Shown here: piece by piece, positions 1 to 13,076 of the stretch
Layout of the letters: the number at the start of each line of letters is the position of its first letter
Numbering within the stretch: the stretch's first letter is position 1
Assembly: GCA_028534125.1 (NCBI GenBank)
Contig: CM052817.1
Location: 94,800,001-94,864,000 of the forward strand
DNA: 64,000 nt
Reading direction: 5' to 3'
Source: Lama glama
Taxonomy: Eukaryota
Notes under the pieces: generated by a model
What the model was told of the DNA's origin: nothing
The model's database searches: none
What the model saw: only the letters and a program-made list of their open reading frames with translations
Position numbers and translations under genes: made by a program

Positions 1-1368
1 ACCATAAATCTGACCCATGTCCTTCTGTCTAAATGTAACCCATGTACATTTTGAGAGGTGGAGCATATGGACCATGGGTGTGGTTTTCTAAACACTTGAG
101 GACAATAGCAATAGGTCATGATTTTGGAATAGTAAGATGCTGCCTACTTTTTAAATGTGAAATCTGCTGGGTTTCATTATATATTTACTCCTATATTCCC
201 GATGACTAACAAAATAATTCTAGAGCTGGTTTATTTTCTACTGAGACTGACCTTATATTAGCAATGTTTCCTAATCTTTATCTTCAAGTTTCTCCATCCT
301 CTCTCTCATGATGTCGACTTTGGGATTATTGTAATGTGCCCTCTATAGAGCCTGGGAAGAGAGCATTAATTTTTCCTTAAGAACGTGTGAAAGAGAAGGA
401 TTATGCGGGGGGAGGAGATGTTCTTAAAAGCATTGTACTCTATATGAGCTATAAAACATTCTTTAAAACACTGTATTCTATACGAGTTATAAAAACATCA
501 GGATATTTTCCATCGTTAAATATTCTCTTGTAAAGAAGTTAATTTCATCAGTTGAATTTGATCCTAGCTGACAAAATTTTTCAACTTGGAAATTTCATGT
601 GTGGGTAACCCGCTTATTTGGAAAATAATGGCTTTATGTTTATCAGCTGCCAAAAGCCTAAGTGTAGAACAACAGAGTCCCCGAGGGACGCTCCGGCTCC
701 AGTCATTACGAAGGTGAGGCTGGAGCCCAGGAGGGAGGAAACAGAATGCACTGCACATGAGCATGACCTAGTGGCTGGTTCACTGAGTGGCATTTATGGC
801 AGTAAGAAAAGGCTACTTGTCTGTTTTCCAAGTGTCAGGGTAAGGGATGTGTATGCAGCTGCTGTTCACGGAGAGGTGAAGGGCAGGAAGGAAGAGATTC
901 TCAGGAAGAAAGTGTCAGTACGAGACGGACATTCACAGTCTCTTAATATTAAGCAACGGGGTTCCCCCCACCACTGCCTTCAGGAACCGGCACCCATCAA
1001 AAGCAGTTCTTTGCATAAGTAAACAGAACGCTCTTACTGATTCTTCACAAGGAACCCAAAATGATAAACTTTGCCTCATACTGGCTCCCAACTCATTGTG
1101 CAGAGTTTATTTAGACTGTGAGACACTTAACAGAGCTCACCAGGGGAAGCATGACTTGCCCTATACACTTCATCTGGGGATCACTGGCCAGTGTGCAGTT
1201 ATATTGCTAAATGCTGTAATATATAAGTGGAATGCATCAACCATAGAGAAAATGTAAAAAGGTTATGTTATATTTTATAGCTAAACATATATATATAAAT
1301 GACATATTATAAATGTATATGTTATACTTTATAAGTATATAATATTAATATTAAATATTATTTATTAT

Positions 1369-1409
<41 letters not shown>
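1369..1409. repeat. (TG)n(TA)n microsatellite at the end of an AT-rich low-complexity tract
   Basis: tgtgtgtg followed by a long tatata run. Confidence 0.95.
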
Positions 1410-1412
<3 letters not shown>

Positions 1413-2035
1413 TAAGCCCCTCTGCAGTCCTTCAATAACATGGCTTTGCATGCTTGTCGACATTTCAATTCAAGTTGACTACACTGCAAATTACCTGCAG
1501 CCCTTTTTATAAACTCTCAGTGATAAGTGTTTCATCTTAAACACAGGATTACTGCTATAATAGTTAACACTTTGTTCTCATTAGATTTTATAGAACTAGA
1601 CATTTCTTACCCAGAATTGTGAACTTACTACCTATAACCAGTCTCAGTAATTTGGGGGAAAAAATAAGACCAGAGATGCTAATGTTACAGCTCTGCTCTA
1701 AGAAAAAAAAGGTTCAGATTCAAACGCCTTCTTTGAAAATGATACGGCATAAACTATCTTCAAGAAGCTTATCTGTATACATTTAAATAATTGTTTGGTC
1801 ATCTTACCTACATACTCAAATGTGTTATTAAGTAGTAAACCCATGAACAGCTAGGAGATTTTTTTAAGTGATCACAGCTCTGATTAGAAGTGAAAGAGGC
1901 GACAGTGAACGTATAGGGTGAGGTACGATTTAACAAAAAGAGGCTTGGACTAGGCGTACAGAGACCCGGGTTCTAGTCTCCACTAAGTTACAGATATCCT
2001 GTGTGATCCAGGCCCTCTGTTTCCTATTCTCAGAC

Positions 2036-2628
2036 TGAAGTGCGAGGAAAGGGGGCAGGGCACAACCACCCAAGGAATGACATAGCAGTTGAGGACAGGA
2101 CAAACTGGTTAGAACCGAGATGGCAGAAGATTCGACTTCCAGTAGACCGTGAGCCTCATGGCGCACCCACGGCGCCGAGACAATTCCTAGGCTGACCATA
2201 AAAGATCAAAAAGTAGGCGGGGGGGGGCAGTTCTCTGGAAAATCCTGGTCCCTTCCCCAAAGTAGCTGGTATAATCCTCCCACTCATTAGCATATGAAAT
2301 TACCAGGCCCATAAAACCTAACAGCTCCACACCTGGTGGTCGCTCTCTCCCTCTTGCCTTCTGAGATGGCCTGCACTCTGTCTATGGAGTGTGTATCTGC
2401 TTTTACTTTAAACTAAATACCCTCACACCTCTTGGTCTTGCTCCCTCTCACTTTGAGATAGCCCACATTCTGCCTACGGATGTGTATCTCCTAAGCCATT
2501 TTCCCTTCTGAGTGAGACAGACCACACTCTGTCTATGGGGTAAGTATCTCTAAATAAACTTGCTTTCACTTTACCATGCCTTGCTCTTGAATTCTTTCCT
2601 GCAAGAGGCAAGAACCTATTCTCCCACA
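2036..2628 (+). mobile_element. Solo ERV1 LTR, MER41-like
   Basis: Motifs characteristic of MER41-type LTRs: ctctgtctatggagt, aataaacttgctttcactttac, gaattctttcctgc...aagaacc. AATAAA at 2553-2558. Boundaries approximate. Confidence 0.75.
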
Positions 2629-2828
2629 ATAAGAGCACTGTAGGAGGGGAAGATTCATAAAGTGCCGTATTAGCTAGAATCATTTATGTTGCAGGATAGA
2701 AAAACCCAGCTCGAATTAGCTTAAAGGATAGGGAGTCTCTGATTATGGGGTGTGAGGGGATCCAGAGCAGGGCAGGCTTTTCTGTTGGACGCGGACTCCA
2801 CCTCAGTGATGTTGCTGGGGACCTGCTT

Positions 2829-2867
2829 CTCTCCATCTCTCCATCTCTCCATCTCTCCATCTCTCCA
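2829..2867. repeat. (CTCTCCAT)n 8-mer tandem repeat, about 5 copies
   Basis: ctctccatctctccatctctccatctctccatctctcca is seen directly. Confidence 0.9.
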
Positions 2868-3338
2868 CCCACAGAGAGATAGCTTCACCCTTGGCCTGTC
2901 CATTCTCATGATCTAGGTGCCAACACTTGAGGAGACACATTCAGAGACGATGTTTTTGCCTTACGCTTAAAGCAAAATACTTGCATTTTTACTCCAATTA
3001 GACGAATAAGGTCTGCTACCACAGAAGTACCTCTTCTGTGTGGGCACAAGGTGCCTGCCCCCTAAAAATGTGACATTTATTAGAGAGAGGAGAAGGAAAA
3101 AAATGGATGCTATGTAGATAACCCATAAATATCCAGTGCAGTTTTGGGTTTGTTTGTTTTTTTTTTGATGAATTTTGACCTTCTATTCTAAGTTTCTTGG
3201 GCCTCACTGAGTTTATTCATTGATTTAACAAGCATTTATTTAGAACCTAAGTCATGGCTCCTGACCTGTTCCCAAAGAGATTACAGTCTGGTTAGAGACA
3301 AAGATAAGAGACAAAATTCTCTTTCTACCCCCCCCCCC

Positions 3339-3465
3339 TTTTTTTGATGGGAGGGTAGTCAGGTTTACTTATTTATATATATATTTTAGAGGAGGGACTG
3401 GGGATTGAATCTGGGACCTTGGGTATGCAAAGCATGTGCTTTACCACTTGAGCTACACCCTCCCC
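3339..3465 (-). mobile_element. tRNA-derived SINE (camelid vic-1 type)
   Basis: Minus strand reads ggggagggtgtagctcaagtggtaaag (A box)...agattcaatccc (B box)...A-rich tail. Flanking duplication gacaaaattct at 3310-3320 and 3467-3477. Confidence 0.85.
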
Positions 3466-3712
3466 TGACAAAATTCTTTCCATAATCAAAGGAAAGATTG
3501 TATGAAAATAGATAAATCAGAAACAAAATGGGTGTGGGGGAGATATGGAGTAGGAAATGAGGGAGAGGGTAAGGCAGCAATCTGAGGAACATGGAGAAAG
3601 AAACTGGTTAAAGAACAGGCTGAATGGGGAAAGAGCAGAAAAAGACACACAGAAGACTGCAGGGGTTAGACTGTGAAGACCCTTTCTGTATTGGTCTGGT
3701 AAGCTTGGATTT

Positions 3713-4182
3713 GGTCTGTGGTATATATACACATATAAAATAGAATACTACTCAGCCATAAAAAAGAATGAAATAATGCCATTTGCAGCAACATGGATGG
3801 ACCTAGAGATGATCATACTAAGTGAAGTAAGCCAGACAAAGACATATACCATATGTTATCATTTATATGTGGAATCTAAAAAAATGACACAAATAAACCT
3901 ATTTACAAAACAGAAACAGACTCACAGACATTTAAACAAACTATGGTTACCAGGGTGAGAAGTGGGAGAAGGGTTAGATGGGAGTTTGGGATTTGCAGAT
4001 ATATATAAAACAGATAAACAACAAGGTCCTACTGTACAGCACAGGGAACTATATTCAACATCTTGTAGTAACCTATAATGAAAAAGAATATGAAAAAGAA
4101 TATATATGTGTGTAACTGAGTCACTATGCTGTACATCAGAGACTAACACAACATTATAAATCGATTATACTTCAAAAATAAA
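3713..4182 (+). mobile_element. LINE-1 3' fragment (ORF2 C-terminus and 3' UTR)
   Basis: MPFAATWMDLEMIILSEVSQ is the L1 ORF2 tail, followed by a typical 3' UTR and an A-rich end. Confidence 0.92.
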
Positions 4183-5978
4183 ACCAACAGTGCTGACCAA
4201 TGCAGAAAAGGAGCCACTGGTCTGCAAAGCTCTCCATGCAGTGGGGTACCACACAGAGGGACTAAGAAGGGCTCTCACAACTAACTCTTTGTTTGCTGGG
4301 CTCTAAAACAATGCACAAAGTCAGACTTTACAAAAATAATTCCTTCAACTGCTTCCCATTTAACGACAGGTGTTCAAATTTATTTCAGGGGACAGGTAGG
4401 ATCCAAATACCATGACATTCCATCGCCCCCCACCCTCCTCAGAGTTCTTATACACATAAAATCCCTGCCCTGTGCCTCCAGCAACAAAGCCTTCATCCAC
4501 ATCAAGTCACAGATGGAGACTCAGGGGGAAGGAGGTTAGCCTTATAAATTCCCAGTATATGGGTGCTTCCACAGATTAATTTACCACTTTTCTTCAGTCC
4601 AGTGCTTGGCACATCAAAGGCTTTAAGTGTTACTCATTGGATACATGCACAAGTAAACAGAGTAGGGGGGTGGACTGGAGACAGGAGAGGACCGTGATTA
4701 AGAGACAAATAGCCTGTTGGAACAGTCCTTGAGCACTAAGCTAGGGATACCAGCAGATGAGGCCAATTTTGAGAAATACTTCTGAGACACAATCACCAAA
4801 TACCTGCAGATGAATTCTCCTCTCACACCTTTCAGGAAGAAAGAGGGTTGGAAAAAATGGACATTAAGTAGACAGCCAACAAATGTCCAAAACAAGTTTT
4901 TATTTTTAAATTCTTATTTATTTTTTAAACTAATTTTGACCTTGTACAGTCCTGAATTCCTTGGTCCTTATCAAATATATGGAAAGCCAAGAGTCATCCA
5001 CATTGTGAGCCTCCCCTAGGAAAACTGGCGCTCGGAAACTTACACTCTAGAAAGCCTTCAGGAAAGCAGAGGTCCAAATAACTGAAGCAGAGCCAGTAAG
5101 AAGTTTCAAAGAGATTTCCTATGTGGAAATGCTGCACATGGGAAACCTAGGAGGTTGGGTTACAGAACCAAGAGTTTAGAACCCAGAAGATGAGAAAAAA
5201 CACTTAGAAAAAGTAGCTAGGGTGGAATGCTTAAGTAGATTGTCTAGATTTAAATAATAATGACCACAAAAATAGTAAAAATCAATTGCTATCTTTTCTC
5301 ACATCCTAATGCCTGCCAGGCAGTATACCACCTGCTTTGTATATGACACTACATTCATTGCTCACAACTTGTATGGGAGGCAAATATTATTATTCTACTA
5401 GAGACAGAAGTTGAGACTCAGAAAGATGAAGACTCTTATACAAAGATGATGTCAGATATGGAACTTTTTTTTACTTCAAAATATGATCCTGTTTGTGCGA
5501 CTTTTATCTTCAGTCTTTAGATGCTGAGAAAATTTAAATTGCTATCGGTTTAGAAAAACAAATAATTGCTAAATGCCATAATTTCTATATTATCTCTTTT
5601 CAAGCAATCAACTCAAAGTAATTCACTAGGTATAATCCGTATCTGATTCTAATAAAAGTGAAAATACCACTTCGATACATACATTTTTTCTTTCTCACGT
5701 ATCCTTCCTTCACAGATGCCTTTTTTAAAAAGAGACCACTTGGGCATCATAAGTGGTTCCATCACACTTATATCCCTAATTCAGAAAGATAGGACTTGCC
5801 CTCCTGTTGACCCTGAGTTTTCAAACTCACCAGCAAAATACATGTGCACGAATCTGATCGTGAATTATTTCTGTTCCTACAACCAAACTTTACGTAGTTT
5901 TTCAAATCCCCTATACTATTCAAGTATTCTTTAGGAATATAAAAAGCTATTAAATAGGTTCTGGTACCAATGCCAACC

Positions 5979-6801
5979 TGAGGGAAGGGTGTTCCTCACA
6001 CTGACAAGCAGTTCTTTGGACACTAGCTGAGTATCCTACAATTCAACTCAATTCTGACACCATCTACCCAGAGATAGCAGCAGATCCACACATGCTAAGG
6101 GTTCAGTCCTACAGGACCACTCTCCGTCCCTACCTCTGGTGCCAGTCTCAAGCCCAGGTTGCTACCTGAGCCTCTGAATGACTGGCTATAGGTTGGAAGT
6201 TCCCAAGATCCCCTCCTTGAATTCAAGTAATTTGCTAGAGTGGCTCACAGAACTCACAGAAAACTTTTACTTACTAGACCACCAGTTTATTAGCAAAAGA
6301 GTTATAACTCAGGAACAGCCAGATAGAAGAGATAAACAGGGCAAGTATGGGGAAAGGGTGCGGAATGTCTAATCTCTCGAGGTGTATCACTCTCCCCAAA
6401 TCTCCAAAAGCTCACCAGCCCAGAAGCTCTCACAACCCTGTCCTTTGGGTTTTTATTGAGACTTCATTACAAAGGCATGAGTAATTGAATCACTGGCCAC
6501 TAGTGATTGATCCAACCTCCAGCCCCTCTCCCTTCACCAATGTCAGGGGGTGGGACGGAAAGCCCCAACACTCTAATCACATGATCTCACTAATCTACTG
6601 GCAACCAGCCTCCATCCTTAGGAGCTTTCTGAAACTCCCCTTATTAATGTAACAAAAGACACCTTTACTACTCTCAACACTTAGGAAACTCCAGGGGTTT
6701 GGAGAGTCAGGAACTGTGGACAAAGACCAAACATATATATGAGAAATAAACTTTGGTCATTGAATGATCAAATACGTATTTCTTATAAATCATAATATCA
6801 T
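5979..6801 (-). mobile_element. MER21-like solo LTR
   Basis: caattcaactcaattctgacacc...gatagcagcagatcc and the terminal ttcttataaatcataatatca resemble the MER21 consensus (reverse strand). Confidence 0.7.
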
Positions 6802-9800
6802 GGCTATTTCACACAGAAATTCAAAACTACACGGTAGAGAAATGTAAGAGCAGTTAATAGTCTTGACATTCAATGTGAATCAAAGAAACAAGAGTTTCTC
6901 ACTTTATACATCAGATCTCACTTCAGGTGTCAGATGTGTATCAAGACTCTTAATTGAGCAAATTTACAGGTTATTATCAAGGGAGATAAAGCAGTGTAGA
7001 CCCATAAACGCAGGATTTGATTTGACTGCAAGAGTGAGATCTCGAATTCCTTGTCAATAATACAGTGAAACTAACAATCCATTGAGCTACGCTACCTTCT
7101 GGAAGAATAAAAAGTGAGTGGTTTATTATTTTCAGGAAAAGGTACTTTGATGACACACACTTTCCTTCTCAGGTATAAATCACCTTTATATCAGCTTTTC
7201 AAATCGCTACTGCCTCCAAATTAAGATTCTAAAGCAGGTGGAGTAACAGGATCAGACCGAGGACCCGGGAATATGAGCCAAAAGCCAGACACAGATGGGT
7301 GTGAGCCAAATAAATACTTAGTTTTTTTAATACACAGGTGAACTGAGGCTCTGGGAATTTGGGGGCTCCCTGGAGGACATAATTTTGGATCAGAGAAGTT
7401 TCTAGAAAATCATTCTGCTTTGCAACCACTGCAGAGAGGAGAATTCCTTAAGATGTTGGAACCCACTTGGGCAGAGTGAACACTTTCAGAATTGCATAAA
7501 ATTAAATTTTCATCAGTGTCCTGTGTAACTCTGAATGGCTACAATTCTCTAGAGCCCTGAATTTTCTCCTGTGCATTCAAAACACCTGGAGATGATGTTC
7601 TTTTGGAAGACGAGAAGGCCAATGTCAAAACAAAGCCCCAGAGTAGCTGTGCATTCCTGGAATCTCCATGGAGATTCCATAAGTGTCATGGAGTTGAGCA
7701 ATTTGGACCCATTACACAGGGAACCCAGGGGTCCAGCCTCTGACCTTCAGACCCTGGGGCAGGTCCACTGATTGACTCAGGAGCAAACTGTCCATGTTAC
7801 TAGACATCATTTTTATGTCTCAGCTTGATGTGCAACAAAAGACATTGGGTTATGGTTCTATTCCAAAAAAGATCTTATTAACTCACTGCCTAATTCCAAG
7901 TTAGAAATGCACAAATCTCTTTCCAAATGGGAGGTGGGTAGTGTGTAAACTTGGGATAACTTCGACGGTTCCAAAGATGAAGGCCAACTGAGATTTGAGT
8001 TTCATCTTCTGGAAAACTATTCAGCCATGTACATCAGGCTGCAGTTTGAAAGCAAAACAAGTAGTAAAGTAAAAGGGAAGAATTTTAAAGGAGAATGAAA
8101 CAACCACAACAGGGTAAATAATCCTGAATCACAAATGAAAACGCTCCCCTTGGCAGAGACACAAAGGTAATATTTTCACTAGAATGAATAGTCCCAGAAA
8201 AATCTGTTCTCCAATATCAGACACCACCAGGCCTTTCCTTCCATATGAGACATGAATGTCTCCTTTTTCCACTTCATCTTTTTCAGTTATCCAAACAAAA
8301 TTCTAGCAGCAGAAAAAATAATGAATTTAGCCCATTTAGGTCCAGTATTTCCTCATTAATGTATTAACTCTCTGGCAGTAGTCAAACTGGGCACTCTGAC
8401 TCCAGAATATTTCCTTTTCTTTTATCACCTTTAGAATTCCAATGTCACTGAATAACTAATTATATTCTACTTACTTTTGTACCAGGGCAAGAAGCAGACA
8501 CCTTAAGAGCACATTAATTCCATCCTACTGAAACTTTGGGAGGCTTTGTATAGTACAGGGGCAGACTGCTGTTTAAAATATTCTTCTTCTTTTTTTTTAA
8601 TGTGTGTCAGGACACTTTAACTTCAACCACTCTGCTAAGAGGCTGTTGTTTTAGTTCAAAGTGTACACAAAGGAGAGGATCACCATGTATGAACTAATAT
8701 TTGCTTAACTGTCTTTATTTCCCCGGTGCCCTGCAATTCAAGTGCTCTGTACCCCTTTCTTTAGCAGTCATGACGGTAAGTGAAGAAAAATTGTGTTGTT
8801 CCGGAGGCCAGCGTATGCCAAAGGATTTAGTATTTGGCCTCGTGTTTCTCACAACTGCGTGTTAAATGATGCCTTTGCTTGCATGGAGGCTAAGGAGGGA
8901 GCAGTCCTGGGGGTTAGATCAGGTAAGTTCTCTGCCCCTGAGTTGCTGCTCAGTCCTCCAGAAGCCAGAGTACCCACTTCTCCACCCTTACGTCTAACAG
9001 TTTGGAAAATAAATAAATGCCACCCTGGGTGGTGGGTAAAAGTAAACTTAAAGGGAAAACCAACACCAACAAAAGGAAGAGAGAGAGACAGAGCCAGAAA
9101 CAGAAAACAGCGGAGAGAGTCAGAAGAGGAAGAGGAAGGGAAGAGAAAAGAGGTAGAAAATGGTCCCTGTAGGAAGATCCGGAAACGCACCTAGGGCCGC
9201 CAGTGCTCCCTGCTGTGGGCGGTGCTCGGGTGCGATCCAGTTGTCAATCATTCTCTCTCAAACGCAGAACACAACTGCAACACGGAACAGCAACGTCAAA
9301 GCTTGCAGCGGGGTGGAGAGCGGAAGAACATGGCGGTTCCCTGAACTTTATACACCTCTGTGTTTGCAAAGGTTTCCAAGACTCTTCCCAGCCCTCCTTC
9401 CTCTGACCTTCATTTTATCCTTCCCTTGTCTCCTCATCGCTCTCTCTAGAGCCCACTACATAGCGTCTCTAAAGGTGGAGATGGGGTCTAGATTGTGGAG
9501 GACGACGACAGGGGAGACAGACGGTCGGCTTCTTGACACCTTCCGCACCTGCCTGCCAGCTCCTTTGTCCATCCTCCCACCCAGCTTCCCAGCCACCTCG
9601 CTTGCAGCTGGCGGCTTCCACATCACCAGTTCCAATGGTGGTAGCCCCCATCATTTCAAAACCCAGATTCCCAACATCACTCTGTCATTTTTTCCCCATT
9701 TCAGTAATGATTTTTCACCTGCCTAGAGCTCCTAAAGATCCAAACGTCGTATCATTTTTATCCGCCACTTCACTGCCATTGCTGCTTTGATCCCTGCAAG

Positions 9801-11034
9801 TAACCGCACTTAGAGAAAAGCTGTTTATTCTCTAGGTGCTTAGTAACAGCATTGCTTACAGGCCCATCAAAGAATGTCTGTGTATCCTTGATCCCTGGAG
9901 ACACTCAACTTTTTTTTTCTTCAGTGTTGTTATACAATAAAGCTCTCTTTGTAAGATTGTTTTTCAATTGAGTATTTGAAATAGAGAGGGGGAAGGCGAG
10001 TCCTACTTACCTTCACAGTTTCACACCCATTCATCTCTAGAGGGAGCATGTGTCTCTTTTGGACCACGGGGCATCGCAGAGCAGAGCCAGGAAGTACAAA
10101 GAGGTGTTCTCCTGCTGCCCATCCATAAACCATGCTCCGCATCCAGGGCCAAGGGAGGGGGTGGAGGTTCCACTCCCCGCAGCAGCTAAGCCTGTGGTCT
10201 CTCCTCCAGGCCTCCCCAGGGAACAGAGCTTAGAACTATAGTTGATGTACCTCTGAACATAAGTGTTTTACTGTCCTTCTAAGACTGACACCCCCCATCC
10301 TGGCGTCCTTTTGGATTTCTCCCCTTTTAGAGGCCCCACTGAGACGTCTCTCGGCTCAGTCAACACAGCAGTTGTCTCTGGCTGGGCCCTCTAGGCAGTA
10401 AGTAGGTGGGTTGGGACCAGAAAGTTCCAGCTGTTGCTCCTGCTTCTTGCTGCAGGTGGCAAGCGGGTTCCTGTGTGTGGTTCCCGTCAGGCTCTGCTGC
10501 TTATCACGGCATTTCTCCCCTGGTTTGTTTCCTCTTCTTTCCCTCTGGCCCCTGGCCCATTTCTACAAAAGCAAGAGTACCGTTTCTTCAACAAATAAAG
10601 GATTTCCTCTGCACTCTCACAGGTTTGGTAAAACTCCATTGCTTTCATATTTCTTTTCCCCACCTAGGAGCTCTTTCCAAAAAGCACTACACCACAAGTG
10701 CTACTGGATGGCGTACAATGCTAGGCTATTTTTTTTTTTAATTTCATGTTGAGTACAAGCACTTGGCAAAACCTCAGGTTCGTAAGACCCAACACCTGCC
10801 TGAGCTCTCACCAGGCAGTGGACCCAGTAATTCAGAGGCTGCATATCTAAGTCCTTTTCTTTTATTTACTCTTTCATTACAAAAGAAATGGACACGGAAT
10901 CAAAACTATACAGCATTCGATTTTGCTCCTGGTTGGTTCATTCTCTTCTTTGGAGAAAGGATGTTGCAGAAATAGAATGAAAGACCAGGGTTTTTTTTTT
11001 CTTTAATTTTTGAAATAATCTATAAATATAGTAA

Positions 11035-11240
11035 TCATTTACTGAGTGCTTACTTCAAGCACTGGTCTAAGCTTATATCCACCGTCTTATTTAGGGAAGT
11101 CAGTAATGTTATGAGTTTACCGCTACTGTCTCCATGTTACAGATTTCTAAATAGGTTCAGACTAAGTAACCTGATGAAGGTCTCAGACAAGAAAATATCA
11201 AAGCAGAAGTATGAGTATAGATTTTACTGAATTCAAAACC
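11035..11240 (-). mobile_element. MIR SINE fragment
   Basis: catttactgagtgcttac...ccatgttacagat...taagtaacctg...aaggtc is a degenerate MIR core. Confidence 0.6.
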
Positions 11241-11919
11241 TGTTACTAGCGGCCCTGCCAAGAAGCCTCTCTTACTGACAAACTTTTATTATTGTTCAAG
11301 CTCTTGTAATGATCATTTAGAATTTAAGGATTTAAGGCCCCATAGCTGCCAGTATTCTTTTTTTTTTTTTTTTTTTTTTGCTAGTCCTCTACCTGTATTT
11401 GCTACAAAACCTTGGACTATTGATCCCCAGGATAATTGAACGTGCTCCTTTACTTAAAATTTTAATTTAATTTAATTTAATTTAATTCATTCATTTTGAA
11501 TGTGGTCCTTAACTCTGTAAGGTCCACGTGCTGAATTCAGATCATCTGTGGATTCCTGTGGCCTGTCACGGAGTGTCACAACCTCTTGCACTACAGCACA
11601 CCAACAGCCTGACGGTTGCAAAACTGTCTCAAATACATCACTAAAATATATCAAACATGTTACTTGACATGCTGAATGTTAACCATGGTATTGCTCTGGG
11701 GTTTTTTTTTTTCTAAGAAACTTTTAGCTTTTGCTCACATTCCTCATTAATTCAACCAAACTCCTTATGAAGCAACTTTCATAAAACTGCACAGATGAGA
11801 CTCCTCTCTGGTTCCTGAGAAACCATTCAATCAATTTCCACAGGTAAAATCCAAACAAATATGAATTTACCCTGATTTTTAAAGGTCCTTGAGTTTTCCT
11901 ATTACCATCAGTATTATTA

Positions 11920-12130
11920 ATATTAGTAGTAGACATTTGTACATTTTTAATGCACATTTCATGTGTATAATCTCACTTAATGCTCACAACATCCCTAGGA
12001 GGTGGATATTATTATCTCATTTTATAGGTAGGAAAACTGAGGCTCAGAGAGATTAGATGCCCTTCCTAGAGATCACAGCCAGAGAGTGACAGAATTGGTA
12101 ATCAGACCCAGGTCCTCTGATTTCCTTGAC
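11920..12130 (-). mobile_element. MIR SINE
   Basis: attatctcattttataggtaggaaaactgaggctcagagag matches the MIR core. Confidence 0.8.
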
Positions 12131-12342
12131 TACTACACCACACCACAGTCCTGGTACCTAACTGGCAGATATTTCCTTTCTAGGTCTTTATAAGGACCTC
12201 TAACACAAGTCAAAATATGTCCTTTCTTTTTTCCCTGAGGGAAGGGCTCCCAGGGTGAGCAAAAAGAGAGAAAGAAAACTTACAGGCACACCGCATGTCT
12301 CAGAAAACATTATAGAGATGAGCCATAGCGATTTATGGGGAC

Positions 12343-12483
12343 TTTCCTTTCTTTTCTTTCTTTTCTTTTCTTTCTTTCTTTCTTTCTTTCTTTCTTTTCT
12401 TTCTTTCTTTTCTTTCTTTCTTTCTTCCTTCCTTCCTTCCTTTCTTTCTTTCTTTCTTTCTTCCTTCCTTCCTTCCTTCCTTC

Positions 12484-12529
<46 letters not shown>

Positions 12530-12604
12530 CTCTCTCTCTCTCTCTCTCTCTCCCTTCCTTCCTTCCTTCCTTCTTTCCTTCCTTCCTTTCTTTCTTTTTT
12601 TTTT
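12343..12604. repeat. Compound polypyrimidine microsatellite (TTTC)n/(TTCC)n/(TC)n
   Basis: About 260 nt consisting only of C and T. Confidence 0.97.
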
Positions 12605-13076
12605 CCCCAGAAGGCAGTGACTCTACCAACCCAATCACTTACAAAGTTCAAGGCTGGGCCTTTGTTGGAGCTAGTGGTCCATGAAATATGCTACTCATAG
12701 AGGATGATTGAAAAATGTAGGTTGCGAGCAACAACAGATCTCAGAAACTATGAGAAACGTATATGCCTTAGCCATTTGGCATTTTGAAATAACACAGAAG
12801 TAACCATGTGGACTTCAGGATGGACTTGTAAAGCTTGAAAGGCAGAAACTAAAGCCAGTAGATTCTGATAAGAAGAAGGAATACAGGGATCTGGATATGA
12901 CTTTTAAACTCTTCTAACAGTTTCCTAGTTTCATGTCGCCTCCAGAAGTGGCCAACGAGGGTCCCATACCTTTCATTACGTCTGAGCACGGCAGTTAATA
13001 CGCGCTGCCCTCTATCCCTTTGGCTAACACAAGTGGGCTGGGCTCCTGTGCTGGTCTTTCTAATGCAATGATACTT

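Noticed and set aside
3390..3465. tRNA-like sequence with A and B boxes (also near 27900 and 58150)
   Set aside because: These are SINE heads with tails and target-site duplications, not tRNA genes.
5115..5145. 11-bp imperfect inverted repeat tttcctatgtg...cacatgggaaa
   Set aside because: A short stem with a mismatch is expected by chance and is too small for a pre-miRNA.
9160..9726. 188-aa + strand ORF
   Set aside because: No recognisable domain or exon structure; probably chance in a locally GC-richer patch.
12255..12700. Phe/Leu/Ser-rich and Lys/Glu/Arg-rich ORFs
   Set aside because: Translations of the polypyrimidine microsatellite.
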